From: Hyphomicrobiales bacterium
GTDB lineage: Bacteria; Pseudomonadota; Alphaproteobacteria; Rhizobiales; TMED25
Direction of reading: 5' to 3'
Assembly (NCBI GenBank): GCA_029245795.1
Contig: JAQWOP010000003.1
Coordinates: forward strand, 101,235-165,234
DNA length: 64,000 bases
A program made the position numbers and the translations under genes. The notes below the pieces were generated by a model. The model was not told the origin of the DNA and made no database searches. It was given only the letters and a program-made list of their open reading frames with translations. Positions 40,929-51,178 of the stretch are shown piece after piece; the first letter of the stretch is position 1, and each line of letters starts with the position of its first letter.

Positions 40929-41666
40929 ATGACATTATTAGAGGGTAAGACGGTTTTACTTACTGGTTCAACAGGAAGTTTGGGCAGTGCTATTGCAAGG
41001 ACATTGTCATCTGCTGGTGCAAGAATTGCTCTAACTGGTACAAATAATGAAAAATTAAATAATTTATTAATGGAGCTTGGATCAAGTCATTCTGCTCACT
41101 CTTGTGATTTATCAAAATTTGAGGAAATTGATAAACTCTCCGATACCGTTATTGAAGAGTTTGGATCCATCGATATTTTGATAAATAATGCGGGTGTTAA
41201 GAAGGATGATTTATTAATTAGAATGAAAGATGATGACTGGTTTAACGTAATAAATATCAATTTAAATTCTGTTTATAAATTAACAAAAAATATTTCAAAG
41301 CATATGTTTAAAAAACGAAGTGGTAAAATTATATCTATTTCTTCTGTCGTCGGTTTTTCTGGAAATCCTGGTCAGACGAATTATGTATCCTCCAAGGCTG
41401 CATTAGTAGGTTTTACGAAATCTTTAGCAATGGAGGTTGCAACCAGAGGGATAAATGTAAATTGCATAGCGCCCGGAATGATTGATTCAGAAATGATAGA
41501 TTCGTTAAATGAAAAACAAAAAGAAAATATATTAAGCAGAATACCAATGGCAAAATTAGGTAGTCCTGAAGATATTGCAAACGCATGTTTGTTTCTTGGA
41601 AGTGACATGTCTAACTATATTACTGGGCAGACGATTCATGTTAATGGCGGAATGGCTATGTTATGA
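40929..41666 (+). CDS. fabG: 3-oxoacyl-ACP reductase
   Basis: 245 aa. Motifs TGSTGSLG, NNAG, YVSSKAAL and GQTIHVNGGM. Confidence 0.95.
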   Translation: MTLLEGKTVLLTGSTGSLGSAIARTLSSAGARIALTGTNNEKLNNLLMELGSSHSAHSCDLSKFEEIDKLSDTVIEEFGSIDILINNAGVKKDDLLIRMKDDDWFNVININLNSVYKLTKNISKHMFKKRSGKIISISSVVGFSGNPGQTNYVSSKAALVGFTKSLAMEVATRGINVNCIAPGMIDSEMIDSLNEKQKENILSRIPMAKLGSPEDIANACLFLGSDMSNYITGQTIHVNGGMAML

Positions 41667-41771
41667 AGTGTATATTTCAATGGAAAGTTAAACTTTTTAA
41701 TTGTAGTTAAATATTTATAAATATATTAATTGTTTAATAGATATAGAATAAATAACAAATAGGGGTAAAAA

Positions 41772-42008
41772 ATGAGCGATATTGCTGAACGTGTAAAAAA
41801 AATAGTAGTTGGACATCTCGGTATTGAAGCAGACAAAGCTGATGAGAAAGCTAGTTTTATTGATGATCTAGGGGCGGATAGTTTAGATACTGTTGAGCTT
41901 GTTATGGCTTTCGAGGAAGAATTTAATTGTGAAATCCCAGATGATGCTGCAGAAACTATTCGAACTGTTGGTGATGCGATTTCATTCCTCGAAAAACAAC
42001 AATCATAA
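41772..42008 (+). CDS. acpP: Acyl carrier protein
   Basis: 78 aa with the [19 protein letters not shown] motif. Confidence 0.97.
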   Translation: MSDIAERVKKIVVGHLGIEADKADEKASFIDDLGADSLDTVELVMAFEEEFNCEIPDDAAETIRTVGDAISFLEKQQS

Positions 42009-42017
42009 TTCATCATT

Positions 42018-43274
42018 ATGAGACGTATTGTTGTTACTGGACTTGGTTTGGTAACTCCTCTTGGGGTAGGAACTGATTATGTTTGGAGTAAATTAATTCA
42101 AGGCGAATCAGGTATTGGTCTAATTTCTTCATTTGATACATCAGATTTGCCAGTTAGAATAGCAGGGCAAATACCTCGTGGGAATAGCGAGGGTCAATAC
42201 AATCCCGATGATTGGATGGATCCAAAAGAACAAAGAAAAGTAGATGATTTTATAACATATGCAGTTTGTGCCTCAGATCAGGCAATAAAAGACTCTGGTT
42301 GGTTAGCTGACACTTATGAAAAACAAATACGGTCTGGAGTTGTAATTGGTTCAGGTATTGGTGGTCTTCAGGGTATTGAAGAAGCATCAATTACTCTAAA
42401 AGAGAGGGGACCAAGAAGAATTTCTCCCTTCTTTATCCCCGGAAGATTAATCAACCTAGCTTCTGGGCACGTTTCAATTAAAAATAAATTCAAAGGACCT
42501 AACCATGCCGTTGTAACAGCCTGTTCAACCGGTTCTCATGCCATCGGTGATGCCGCTCGTTTAATTGCGTATGGTGATGCTGATATAATGGTTGCTGGTG
42601 GAACTGAGTCTCCTTTATGTAGGCTTTCAATTGCAGGTTTTGCAGCATGTAGAGCTCTTGCCTCTAAATTCAATGATTCTCCAACAAGCGCATCAAGACC
42701 TTTTGATGATGATAGAGATGGTTTTGTGATGGGTGAAGGCGCTGGATCTGTTGTCCTTGAAGAGTATGAGCATGCTATTAAAAGAGGTGCAAAGATATAT
42801 GCTGAATTAAAGGGGTATGGTTTATCAGGTGATGCATTTCATATAACATCTCCATCTTCAGATGGTGATGGGGGATATAGATGTATGAAAGCAGCAATTA
42901 AGAATTCAGGAATGGATATTTCTGAAATAGACTATATTAATGCTCATGGTACTTCAACACCAGCAGGGGATGAAATCGAAATAAAAGCAGTAGAAAAGTT
43001 GTTTGGGCCACATTCAAAAAATCTAATGATGTCTTCAACAAAGTCATCAATTGGTCACCTACTGGGTGCCGCAGGAGCTGTGGAGGCAATATTTTCAATA
43101 ATGGCTATTAATAATGGAGAAATACCAGCTACTCTTAATTTAAAAAATAAGTGTACAGATACAGACATAAATCTTGTACCATTGACTAGAATTAGAAAAG
43201 ATATAACAAGCGCTTTAAGCAATTCATTTGGTTTTGGTGGTACAAATGCAACTTTAATTTTTTCTAAAATTTAA
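42018..43274 (+). CDS. fabF: 3-oxoacyl-ACP synthase II
   Basis: 418 aa. Motifs VTACSTGSHAIG, NAHGTSTP and GHLLGAAG. Confidence 0.97.
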   Translation: MRRIVVTGLGLVTPLGVGTDYVWSKLIQGESGIGLISSFDTSDLPVRIAGQIPRGNSEGQYNPDDWMDPKEQRKVDDFITYAVCASDQAIKDSGWLADTYEKQIRSGVVIGSGIGGLQGIEEASITLKERGPRRISPFFIPGRLINLASGHVSIKNKFKGPNHAVVTACSTGSHAIGDAARLIAYGDADIMVAGGTESPLCRLSIAGFAACRALASKFNDSPTSASRPFDDDRDGFVMGEGAGSVVLEEYEHAIKRGAKIYAELKGYGLSGDAFHITSPSSDGDGGYRCMKAAIKNSGMDISEIDYINAHGTSTPAGDEIEIKAVEKLFGPHSKNLMMSSTKSSIGHLLGAAGAVEAIFSIMAINNGEIPATLNLKNKCTDTDINLVPLTRIRKDITSALSNSFGFGGTNATLIFSKI

Positions 43275-43283
43275 AAGAATAAT

Positions 43284-43955
43284 TTGCACATGAATAATCA
43301 ATTAATACGTCGAAAAGGACTACTGTTAATTATTTCTTCTCCCTCTGGTGCTGGAAAAACAACATTAACAAGAAAATTAATTTCAGATTTAGAAGATACT
43401 GTTTTGTCTATATCCGTAACTACTAGACAAAAAAGAAGTAATGAAAAAGATGGATTGCATTATTACTTCATTAATGAAGATGCCTTTAAAGAAATGATAA
43501 AACAAGATAATTTACTGGAGTATGCAAATGTATTTGGGTATAATTATGGTACCCCAAAAGATAGGGTGACAGAGGCAATCCAATCAGGAAAGGATGTAGT
43601 CTTTGATATTGATTGGCAAGGAGCAAGTCAACTTAGAAAAAGTTTTAATGATAATATTGTTTCAATATTCATCCTGCCACCATCAGCTACTGAATTAATG
43701 AGTAGACTTATAAAAAGAGATCAGGACTCATTTGATACAATTAAAAATAGATTAAATGCTGCGTATGATGAGATAAAGCATTGGGATGAATATGATTATG
43801 TAATAATAAATGATAAAATTACCGAATCATACGAAGAATTAAAAGCAATAATATTATCCGAACGTGTAAAAATAACAAATTCTAATAAATCTAAGATTGA
43901 AACCCATGTTAACACCTTGTTGCATGACTTATCAGATAGATTAAGTAGTAGTTAA
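43284..43955 (+). CDS. gmk: Guanylate kinase
   Basis: 223 aa. Has SSPSGAGKTT and the TTRQKRSNEKDGLHYYF motif. Confidence 0.93.
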   Translation: MHMNNQLIRRKGLLLIISSPSGAGKTTLTRKLISDLEDTVLSISVTTRQKRSNEKDGLHYYFINEDAFKEMIKQDNLLEYANVFGYNYGTPKDRVTEAIQSGKDVVFDIDWQGASQLRKSFNDNIVSIFILPPSATELMSRLIKRDQDSFDTIKNRLNAAYDEIKHWDEYDYVIINDKITESYEELKAIILSERVKITNSNKSKIETHVNTLLHDLSDRLSSS

Positions 43956-44791
43956 TTTTTTTCGTAAAGATAGGCCAGGTTGATATAGTCTTCTACTGAT
44001 AAGTCTTCGGGTCTTAAATCTGGGTTTATGTTATATTTTTTTATAAGATTTTCTTCTGAAATTATCTTTTTAAGTGAACTTTTTATTTTTTTTCTTCTCT
44101 GTCCAAAAGCTAATCTAGTTATTTCCTCAAGTATTGCGATATTAGGTTTGGTGTACCTATTTAAATAATTAAAAGTCACTACAGATGAGTCAATTTTTGG
44201 TGGGGGATAGAAAACGGAAGGATTCAAATCAAAAGATGACTCACAATGATACATATATTGAGAAATTATAGATAATCTCCCGTACATTTTCGTGTGATGT
44301 TTTGCAACTATCCTATCAGCAACTTCCTTTTGAAACATTAACGTCATTTTATCAAATTTAGGGTTCTTAAATTGGGATATAAGTAATTTTGTCAATATTT
44401 TAGTAGCAATGTTATAGGGTAAATTAGATATTATTCGAATTCTTTCTTCTTCTAAAGAACCGAAATCATAATTTAGAGCATCTACATTTTGAATCTCAAT
44501 TCTTTTATTATGAATATCTTTTAACTTTTTTAATATTGGAATAAATTGTTTATCTTTTTCAATTAATAAAATCTTTTTAGCACCAAGTTCTATAAGTGAT
44601 TCCGATAAACCACCAAGTCCTGGGCCAATTTCTACCACCATGTCACACTGATCAGGTTCAATTAATGATGCGATCTTATTAAAAATATTTTTATCGAATA
44701 TAAAATTCTGGCCAAATCTTTTACTTGGTCTAATATTATAATCTTCTAAAATTTTCTTATAATGAGATATCTTAGGAGTTCTTATTTGCAC
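43952..44791 (-). CDS. rsmA: 16S rRNA (adenine1518/1519-N6)-dimethyltransferase RsmA/KsgA
   Basis: 279 aa. Motifs KRFGQNFI, EIGPGLGGLS and SNLPYNI. Confidence 0.93.
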   Translation of the reverse strand: MQIRTPKISHYKKILEDYNIRPSKRFGQNFIFDKNIFNKIASLIEPDQCDMVVEIGPGLGGLSESLIELGAKKILLIEKDKQFIPILKKLKDIHNKRIEIQNVDALNYDFGSLEEERIRIISNLPYNIATKILTKLLISQFKNPKFDKMTLMFQKEVADRIVAKHHTKMYGRLSIISQYMYHCESSFDLNPSVFYPPPKIDSSVVTFNYLNRYTKPNIAILEEITRLAFGQRRKKIKSSLKKIISEENLIKKYNINPDLRPEDLSVEDYINLAYLYEKN

Positions 44792-45797
44792 TATTTGACA
44801 CCATTAACTTTGCAGTAATTATTGATTGAATAAGACTTTGTGGATCAGCTCTCCCTGTTCCCACTATTTCATAAGCTGTTCCATGGTCAGGAGATGTCCT
44901 GATAATGTTGAGTCCAAGAGTAACATTGACAGCAGAAAAAGGAGATATTGTTTTAATTGGGATAAGAGCTTGATCATGATACATACAAATTGAAACATCA
45001 AAATTCTGCAATTTTTCTTTATTAAATAGACTATCTGCTGGTAAGGGTCCGAGTATTCGGATAGATTTTTTTTTCAACTCCATAATTGCCGGCTCTATTA
45101 TTTCAATTTCTTCCATACCAATCAGTCCTCCATCACCAGCGTGCGGATTAAGTCCAGTCACTACAATTCTTGGATTTGAAATATTAAAATATCTTTTAAG
45201 ATCCCTATTCACAATGTTTATAGTATTTACGATTAAGTCTTTAGATATTATTTTTGATATTTTATCTACGGGGATATGTCTTGTTAAAGGAACTACCTTT
45301 AGTACATCACTTGTTAAAAGCATAACTGGGATTTTTCCTTGGTCTAAAAATGATAATAATTCGGTCTGCCCACTATATTTTTTACCGAGGTAATTAAGAG
45401 ATTTTTTGTTAACGGGATTGGTCACAATTGCTGATATTTTATTTTTTAATAACTTTTGATAAGCAATTAAGATTGATTCAACTATAGATTCATCATTTTT
45501 TTTATCAAATTTCCCAGGTTCTTCTTTAATGATGGGTATGTCATATACTGGCAAAGCTCCATCTAAATTATTTATAAATGGAATATCTATATCAGTTATT
45601 TTTTTTGTTTCTAACTTAAGATTTAGCAATTTTGCCCTTCGATGGAGCAGTTCTTCATTACCAAAATAAATAAATTTAGGAATTTTTGATTCCTTTCTTT
45701 TATTCCAGGAAAGGATAGTAATATCTGCTGAAATACCAGCAGGATCGCCCATTGTTATTCCAATTGGCAAATCTTGATTATCGATTTTTAAATTCAA
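44772..45797 (-). CDS. pdxA: 4-hydroxythreonine-4-phosphate dehydrogenase
   Basis: 341 aa. Motifs GDPAGI, GLNPHAG, MYHDQ and TSPDHGTA. Confidence 0.93.
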   Translation of the reverse strand: MNLKIDNQDLPIGITMGDPAGISADITILSWNKRKESKIPKFIYFGNEELLHRRAKLLNLKLETKKITDIDIPFINNLDGALPVYDIPIIKEEPGKFDKKNDESIVESILIAYQKLLKNKISAIVTNPVNKKSLNYLGKKYSGQTELLSFLDQGKIPVMLLTSDVLKVVPLTRHIPVDKISKIISKDLIVNTINIVNRDLKRYFNISNPRIVVTGLNPHAGDGGLIGMEEIEIIEPAIMELKKKSIRILGPLPADSLFNKEKLQNFDVSICMYHDQALIPIKTISPFSAVNVTLGLNIIRTSPDHGTAYEIVGTGRADPQSLIQSIITAKLMVSNSANKNS

Positions 45798-46689
45798 TTG
45801 AAGAATCCTGTTTTATGTCACGCAATATTTTTACTGAGTAAAGATTAAGTTGTTCTGATACTAGAATATTCTCTATTGCATTATTTGCTAATGATTGTTT
45901 TGGTGTGCAGTTAATATAAAGTTTTATTTGTTTCTTGCTTGCTTGAGGAGGTAAAAGAAAATTGTTTAAGTTAAAAAGTATTAAGCTTTTTAAAGGTTCT
46001 TCAATTTCAGAAATCGATATATCTATTTTATCTTTTATAACTATATTAGGTACTTCTTTATATAAAAAAAGGTTTTGAGAGCAGCTTTGAAAATTATCTT
46101 CAATATTCTTGAGCGTGAATAGCGATTCTTTTGGTTCTAAACCTTCGATATTTATAGTTAAAATTTGGATATGGAATAACTCTTTTGAAAGAATATTATC
46201 TCTATATTGATTGATGTCCTCCAAAGTTACATTTGCTAATCTTCTATATTTTCTTCTTATATAATCATTCCATTGAAGATAAGATCTTCGCTGGTTAATT
46301 ATAGTAATTGGATCTATATCAGTTCCTTCTAATTCTTGAGATAATCCCTCATAGCTAATTCCTTGCGCTTTTAATGAGATATCTAGGCTTGAAATAACTT
46401 CATTATCTGTATAGTCAGATATTCCATATTCCCTTGCTTTATCGAGCATTAATGCTTCGTCAACTAGCTGTTTGAGGGCTTCTTTTGGGAGAGTATCTTT
46501 TTGTGCATCAGGGTTTCTGAACTCCAAATATAAAGAACGATCTTTAACATCAGATAAAGTTATAGGTATGCCGTCTACTAGAACTATTACTTTTGAAATT
46601 ATTTCAGATTTTACTGAGTTATTTGTAAGAAGGATTAGAGATAATATAAAAATTATAATCTGATACTTATAGTTAGATTCATTATTCAT
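45778..46689 (-). CDS. SurA-like periplasmic chaperone (SurA N-terminal domain; no clear parvulin domain)
   Basis: 303 aa with a signal peptide. SurA_N-like VLVDGIPITLSDV...LKQLVDEALMLDKAREYGI. Sits in the conserved lptD-surA-pdxA position. Confidence 0.65.
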   Translation of the reverse strand: MNNESNYKYQIIIFILSLILLTNNSVKSEIISKVIVLVDGIPITLSDVKDRSLYLEFRNPDAQKDTLPKEALKQLVDEALMLDKAREYGISDYTDNEVISSLDISLKAQGISYEGLSQELEGTDIDPITIINQRRSYLQWNDYIRRKYRRLANVTLEDINQYRDNILSKELFHIQILTINIEGLEPKESLFTLKNIEDNFQSCSQNLFLYKEVPNIVIKDKIDISISEIEEPLKSLILFNLNNFLLPPQASKKQIKLYINCTPKQSLANNAIENILVSEQLNLYSVKILRDIKQDSSIEFKNR

Positions 46690-46699
46690 TGCTTCGATT

Positions 46700-48880
46700 T
46701 TACTGGCTTGACGCTGTTTTTAACTCAAAGTTTAATAATATAGACTTATCTTTCTTTATATCTCTATCTGTAAATAAGTTTTCTCTATAAATAATATCAA
46801 AAGATAAACATTCATCATCAAATCTAAGCCCAACTTGGTTATTTACAAAATTACTTGATTCTAAATTATAAACACCTTTTGAAATCATAGACCAATCTTT
46901 TGTAAGCCCAAGTTCAAGAAAGCCAGATATCTCTTCTAAATCCACATCGTTATCAGCATCGCCATCATCATTTAGCCAATTTGCATCAGCCTTTATTTCT
47001 GTGTAATTTAAACCAATATTTAAACTATCTCTATGCATGAAGTTCATATTTAGCTCATTAAATTGGTTTTTCTTAAATGACCCATCAAATCTTGTTTTAT
47101 AGTCTACTAAAAGAGTTTTATTAAGATCATAGGATAAGGAGCTTACAATATCTGAGTGATAATTATTAGTTCCTGAATATTTCTTTCCACTAAATGTATT
47201 ATCCCCGTCAATATGGAAAGACTTTCCAAGTGAGGCTTTAAAAAGTCCTCCAACATTATCTTGTAAATTATAATTTAAACCAAGAGACATTTTATTCCCA
47301 GAGTCAATCTTATCATGTCCATAAGAACGATTTGACTCAAATAAATTTAAGGAATTAAAGTTTAAAGTTTGTGAGTCTTCATTTAATAAATTGCTATCCT
47401 TATCTTCTTTCCCAATATATGAAATGCCTAATTTAGGTTCAATTATTTGCTTTCCGATAGAGCTATTTTTAAAAAAGGGCCAGGATGTTTTTATCGTTGC
47501 TTCAGGTGTAAATCTTGAGTGATTAGTAAATTCATTGTCAGATTCATCATAAGTACTAAAATAATCACCTTTCAAACTAATATATGGCTCAAAAATTATA
47601 CCATTATTCATAATTTTTCTATCTTCCCATGATATTTCAGTTGTCAGTCTGGTTTGATCGTCACCGCTGTTTCTATGTAAACTAGATATTTGTGTATCTA
47701 AATTTAATTCATTTAAAAGTGGCAGATTGCTAATTTTGTATTCATAATCAAACTGAGGTAGTAATTTGGCTTGGCGAGTTTCAGTTTCACTTAGAAGGTT
47801 ATGGTAACTTATTGCCTGAAGGTTGAAATAATTTTGGTTATTTATCCCGGTTAAAAAAAGATTTGAATTATACTTTGTTCTATCATCTAAACCATATTTT
47901 CTCATGTAAGTATCATCACTTGCAAAAGTTGCATTCCAACCCCAATTAATATTATCACTTAAAGGTAAGAGTGCATTAGTTTTTAGACCAGCTCTAAACC
48001 GTTCATTTCCTGGTGCAATATCTGTTGGGTTTGCTTGGTAAATAAAGCTTGGATTAAAAGTTAGCAAACCACCATCATTATTTATCTTTCTGTATTCTAT
48101 ATCGAATAAGGGGCCTTGTTTAGATGTTATGAAGGGTGTCACTGTTAGATCGCTTATTTCATCTAATACATATAAGTATGGTATTTTAACTGAGTGGCCG
48201 TAGAAATTTGAGAATGAATAAGTTGGAACTAAGTAACCTGATTGACGTTTGACTGATAAATCAGGGTAACTAAAATAAGGAAGTTTTAGGATAGTCTTAT
48301 CCAGCAACTTAAACTTTATATTCTTAAAAACCACTTTTTTATTTAGTTCATCATGTGTGACGGTATCTGCTTCAAATTCCCATGTATAGGGGCATTCTTG
48401 ACCATCTTTTATTCCATTGCAAAAGCTATAGCCTGCATTTGTAAATACATTTTTGTTTCCAAAATCAACTTCACCACTTTTAGCTCTTATTTTTGTTCCA
48501 TCAGCAAGGATTATTTTTGCACTTTCTATAAACCCCTGCTTTAATTCATTGGAAAGTACAATTCTATCAGCATTTATTTTAATTTTATCTTCTTCAGTCA
48601 TTGTCACATTACCAATGGCAATAACCTGATCGTTATCTTGGATGTAAGTTATCTTATTTGCTTCGACAATATAGGATTTATAGAACAATTTTGCATTACC
48701 CTGCGCCGTGATGTCATTACCATTATCATCATAAGATAAATTATCTGCTTCAAAATAAATGGATGGATATGTTCCACCATCATTTACTTCTTGAGCTTGT
48801 AAATTTTTGTTAATAGAAAGAGAAAACAAAAAAATTGTCACTAAAATTAATAAGTTATTTTTATTTATTATATTCAACAT
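46700..48880 (-). CDS. lptD: LPS-assembly outer-membrane protein LptD
   Basis: 726 aa. Signal peptide, an OstA-like N-terminal domain, and a large beta-barrel region. Synteny after lptF-lptG. Confidence 0.9.
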   Translation of the reverse strand: MLNIINKNNLLILVTIFLFSLSINKNLQAQEVNDGGTYPSIYFEADNLSYDDNGNDITAQGNAKLFYKSYIVEANKITYIQDNDQVIAIGNVTMTEEDKIKINADRIVLSNELKQGFIESAKIILADGTKIRAKSGEVDFGNKNVFTNAGYSFCNGIKDGQECPYTWEFEADTVTHDELNKKVVFKNIKFKLLDKTILKLPYFSYPDLSVKRQSGYLVPTYSFSNFYGHSVKIPYLYVLDEISDLTVTPFITSKQGPLFDIEYRKINNDGGLLTFNPSFIYQANPTDIAPGNERFRAGLKTNALLPLSDNINWGWNATFASDDTYMRKYGLDDRTKYNSNLFLTGINNQNYFNLQAISYHNLLSETETRQAKLLPQFDYEYKISNLPLLNELNLDTQISSLHRNSGDDQTRLTTEISWEDRKIMNNGIIFEPYISLKGDYFSTYDESDNEFTNHSRFTPEATIKTSWPFFKNSSIGKQIIEPKLGISYIGKEDKDSNLLNEDSQTLNFNSLNLFESNRSYGHDKIDSGNKMSLGLNYNLQDNVGGLFKASLGKSFHIDGDNTFSGKKYSGTNNYHSDIVSSLSYDLNKTLLVDYKTRFDGSFKKNQFNELNMNFMHRDSLNIGLNYTEIKADANWLNDDGDADNDVDLEEISGFLELGLTKDWSMISKGVYNLESSNFVNNQVGLRFDDECLSFDIIYRENLFTDRDIKKDKSILLNFELKTASSQ

Positions 48881-49968
48881 TAACCGTCTTCTTGATTAAT
48901 CAAAACTTTTATACTAACTAAAATTATGGCTATTATATGCCACCAAGCTCCTAATATTGGGTTAAATATTTGATTTTCAGATAATATAAAAGACACATAG
49001 TTAGTGGTAAATATCAAAAACCCAACAATAACACCCAATAATACCATAAAGATAATATGCTTTATACGAAATAATTTAACGGAAAAACATGCAGCAACCA
49101 ATACCATTGAACATAGTAGAGCAGGGAACGCAATTAAAAAATTAAGATTCACAGTGTGTTTTACTGGATTGATCCCATTTTGAGTTAACTTCTCAATTGT
49201 ATTCATAATCATCCATATGGATTGATCACTATACTTTAAGACATCCTCTAAAATAATAAGCTCATTTGTTTGGGTTTGAATTATATAACTTTCATAATAG
49301 TTTTGTTTTCTTTGGGAATTTGCAACCCATGCTTTTTCTAATACCCAAGAATTATTTTCAAATTTTGCATAAGCACTATCAACCCTTTCAATAATATTAT
49401 ATTCAGGATCATATTGAATAAAAGTAGAATTTAGGAGAGTTAAATGTTGAGGTAAGACTTTTTTTGAATATATAATGAGAGGTCCAAAAGAATTAGTTTG
49501 AGCAGACCAAAAATCATCTTCTTCTTTGGTTAATAATAAATCTAGCTTTTCATCTGTAACACTCTGTTCTAGATTGATATATTTATTCTTTAAGCCTATA
49601 CCCAAGGGATTTAGAAAGGAAATTGTAAGTATACCCATTATCAAAGATGTAATGAGGCAGGGTATTAATATTTGCCATATAGATAGTCCTGCTGCTTTTG
49701 CAATTATTAGTTCGCTATGTTTTGATAAGCGATGAAAGAATAACATCGTTCCAAAAAAAATTATTAATGGCAGGAATTCTTCAAAAGTGCTTGGCAACTT
49801 AAATAATGATAGTTTAATTATTGTCATAAAATTAGAGTTTTGAACATTTTCCAATTCTTTTGAAATTTCGGCAATATCTATCAAAAATATTAATAGTATG
49901 AATGCTAGTAATATAAGAAAGATCGAAGATAAAAATTGAGATGTAAAATATTTATTATAAATTTGCAT
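48880..49968 (-). CDS. lptG: LPS export permease LptG
   Basis: 362 aa with YjgP/YjgQ topology (3 TM, a periplasmic domain, then 3 TM). Second of the pair. Confidence 0.85.
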   Translation of the reverse strand: MQIYNKYFTSQFLSSIFLILLAFILLIFLIDIAEISKELENVQNSNFMTIIKLSLFKLPSTFEEFLPLIIFFGTMLFFHRLSKHSELIIAKAAGLSIWQILIPCLITSLIMGILTISFLNPLGIGLKNKYINLEQSVTDEKLDLLLTKEEDDFWSAQTNSFGPLIIYSKKVLPQHLTLLNSTFIQYDPEYNIIERVDSAYAKFENNSWVLEKAWVANSQRKQNYYESYIIQTQTNELIILEDVLKYSDQSIWMIMNTIEKLTQNGINPVKHTVNLNFLIAFPALLCSMVLVAACFSVKLFRIKHIIFMVLLGVIVGFLIFTTNYVSFILSENQIFNPILGAWWHIIAIILVSIKVLINQEDG

Positions 49969-51073
49969 TTTTAGTTTTTATCTCTTTTTGTGTGATGAAA
50001 AAAATATATAGCAAGTAGCTGATGATTATAGATAAAGGAATTGTGTAGTGAATAAAATATAGTTCAAAATTCCTTATTTTTGAAGATAAAGATATTCCCA
50101 TTATTTTTATTGAAAAAGATATTCCAGCCACATATATGATATATCGTGATTTTAATAGCCTAGAATTCAAATCTTTTTGAAGAAAGAATAATGCAATAAA
50201 AACAAACGATATTGCATATAATGGATTTGATAATCTAATATGAGCTTCGTTTTTAAATTGTATATTACGTTCTATCTCCTCACTAGAAGTGTTTGGAGGA
50301 TTCAATAATTCTTCCAGTGATTTTTCTGAGGGTTTAAAATATACATTTTGAGCGGTAGTAATTACATTTGATAAGTTAATATTATAGTTCTCAAAGCTAA
50401 TTATATCTATTTCTTTATCTACTCCTTGTTTATTGGAATTAAAAATCTGGCCATCAATCATTTCAAGAATAATCTGATCATATAAGCTATACAATTTCGC
50501 TTGTCTCGATGTGTATGTGACCATATTTTTATCATTAGATGTATCATTAATAATAACACCAATAAAATCTCCATCTGCATTCCTATCAGCTATAAATATT
50601 GTGTAATGCTCATCAGGAGTTATAAATTCATTTTCTTGAAAAGAACTACTTATGATATCTGATTTAATATTTGTTAGTTTTCCCCTAAAATTTTGCATAC
50701 TCCATGGTGTGATATAAATACTAAATATATAGATTAGTAGAGTTATAAGAATGGATATTTTAAGGAATGGTATAGTTTTTTGATAAGGTGAAACTCCGGA
50801 AGAATTCAATATGACTAACTCAGAATCTCTTATCATTCTATCCAGTACTATTACGCAGGCAATTAGTAGCGAAGATGGCGCCATTAAAGTTAAAAGCCAA
50901 GGATAAAGTAGTGATGTTAGAGACAAAAAATCAATAATTGAACGATCTTTTTCTATGATCAACGGGATATATCTTAAAGTTTGAGATATCCAAGCGAGTG
51001 AAGTCATTATAGTTATAATAACTATAAATATTACGAGAATATTTTGAAATATATATTTGTTAATGTTTCGCAT
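49955..51073 (-). CDS. lptF: LPS export permease LptF
   Basis: 372 aa of the YjgP/YjgQ family. Divergent from pepA, as in other alphaproteobacteria. Confidence 0.85.
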   Translation of the reverse strand: MRNINKYIFQNILVIFIVIITIMTSLAWISQTLRYIPLIIEKDRSIIDFLSLTSLLYPWLLTLMAPSSLLIACVIVLDRMIRDSELVILNSSGVSPYQKTIPFLKISILITLLIYIFSIYITPWSMQNFRGKLTNIKSDIISSSFQENEFITPDEHYTIFIADRNADGDFIGVIINDTSNDKNMVTYTSRQAKLYSLYDQIILEMIDGQIFNSNKQGVDKEIDIISFENYNINLSNVITTAQNVYFKPSEKSLEELLNPPNTSSEEIERNIQFKNEAHIRLSNPLYAISFVFIALFFLQKDLNSRLLKSRYIIYVAGISFSIKIMGISLSSKIRNFELYFIHYTIPLSIIISYLLYIFFITQKEIKTKNANL

Positions 51074-51178
51074 TAAATTAATTAGCTATTGAAATGCAAA
51101 TTTAATAATTTCATTTATAACAATATTTAACTAAAATAAATAGTATTAATAAAAATAAGATAATAAAAAGGTTTATTT

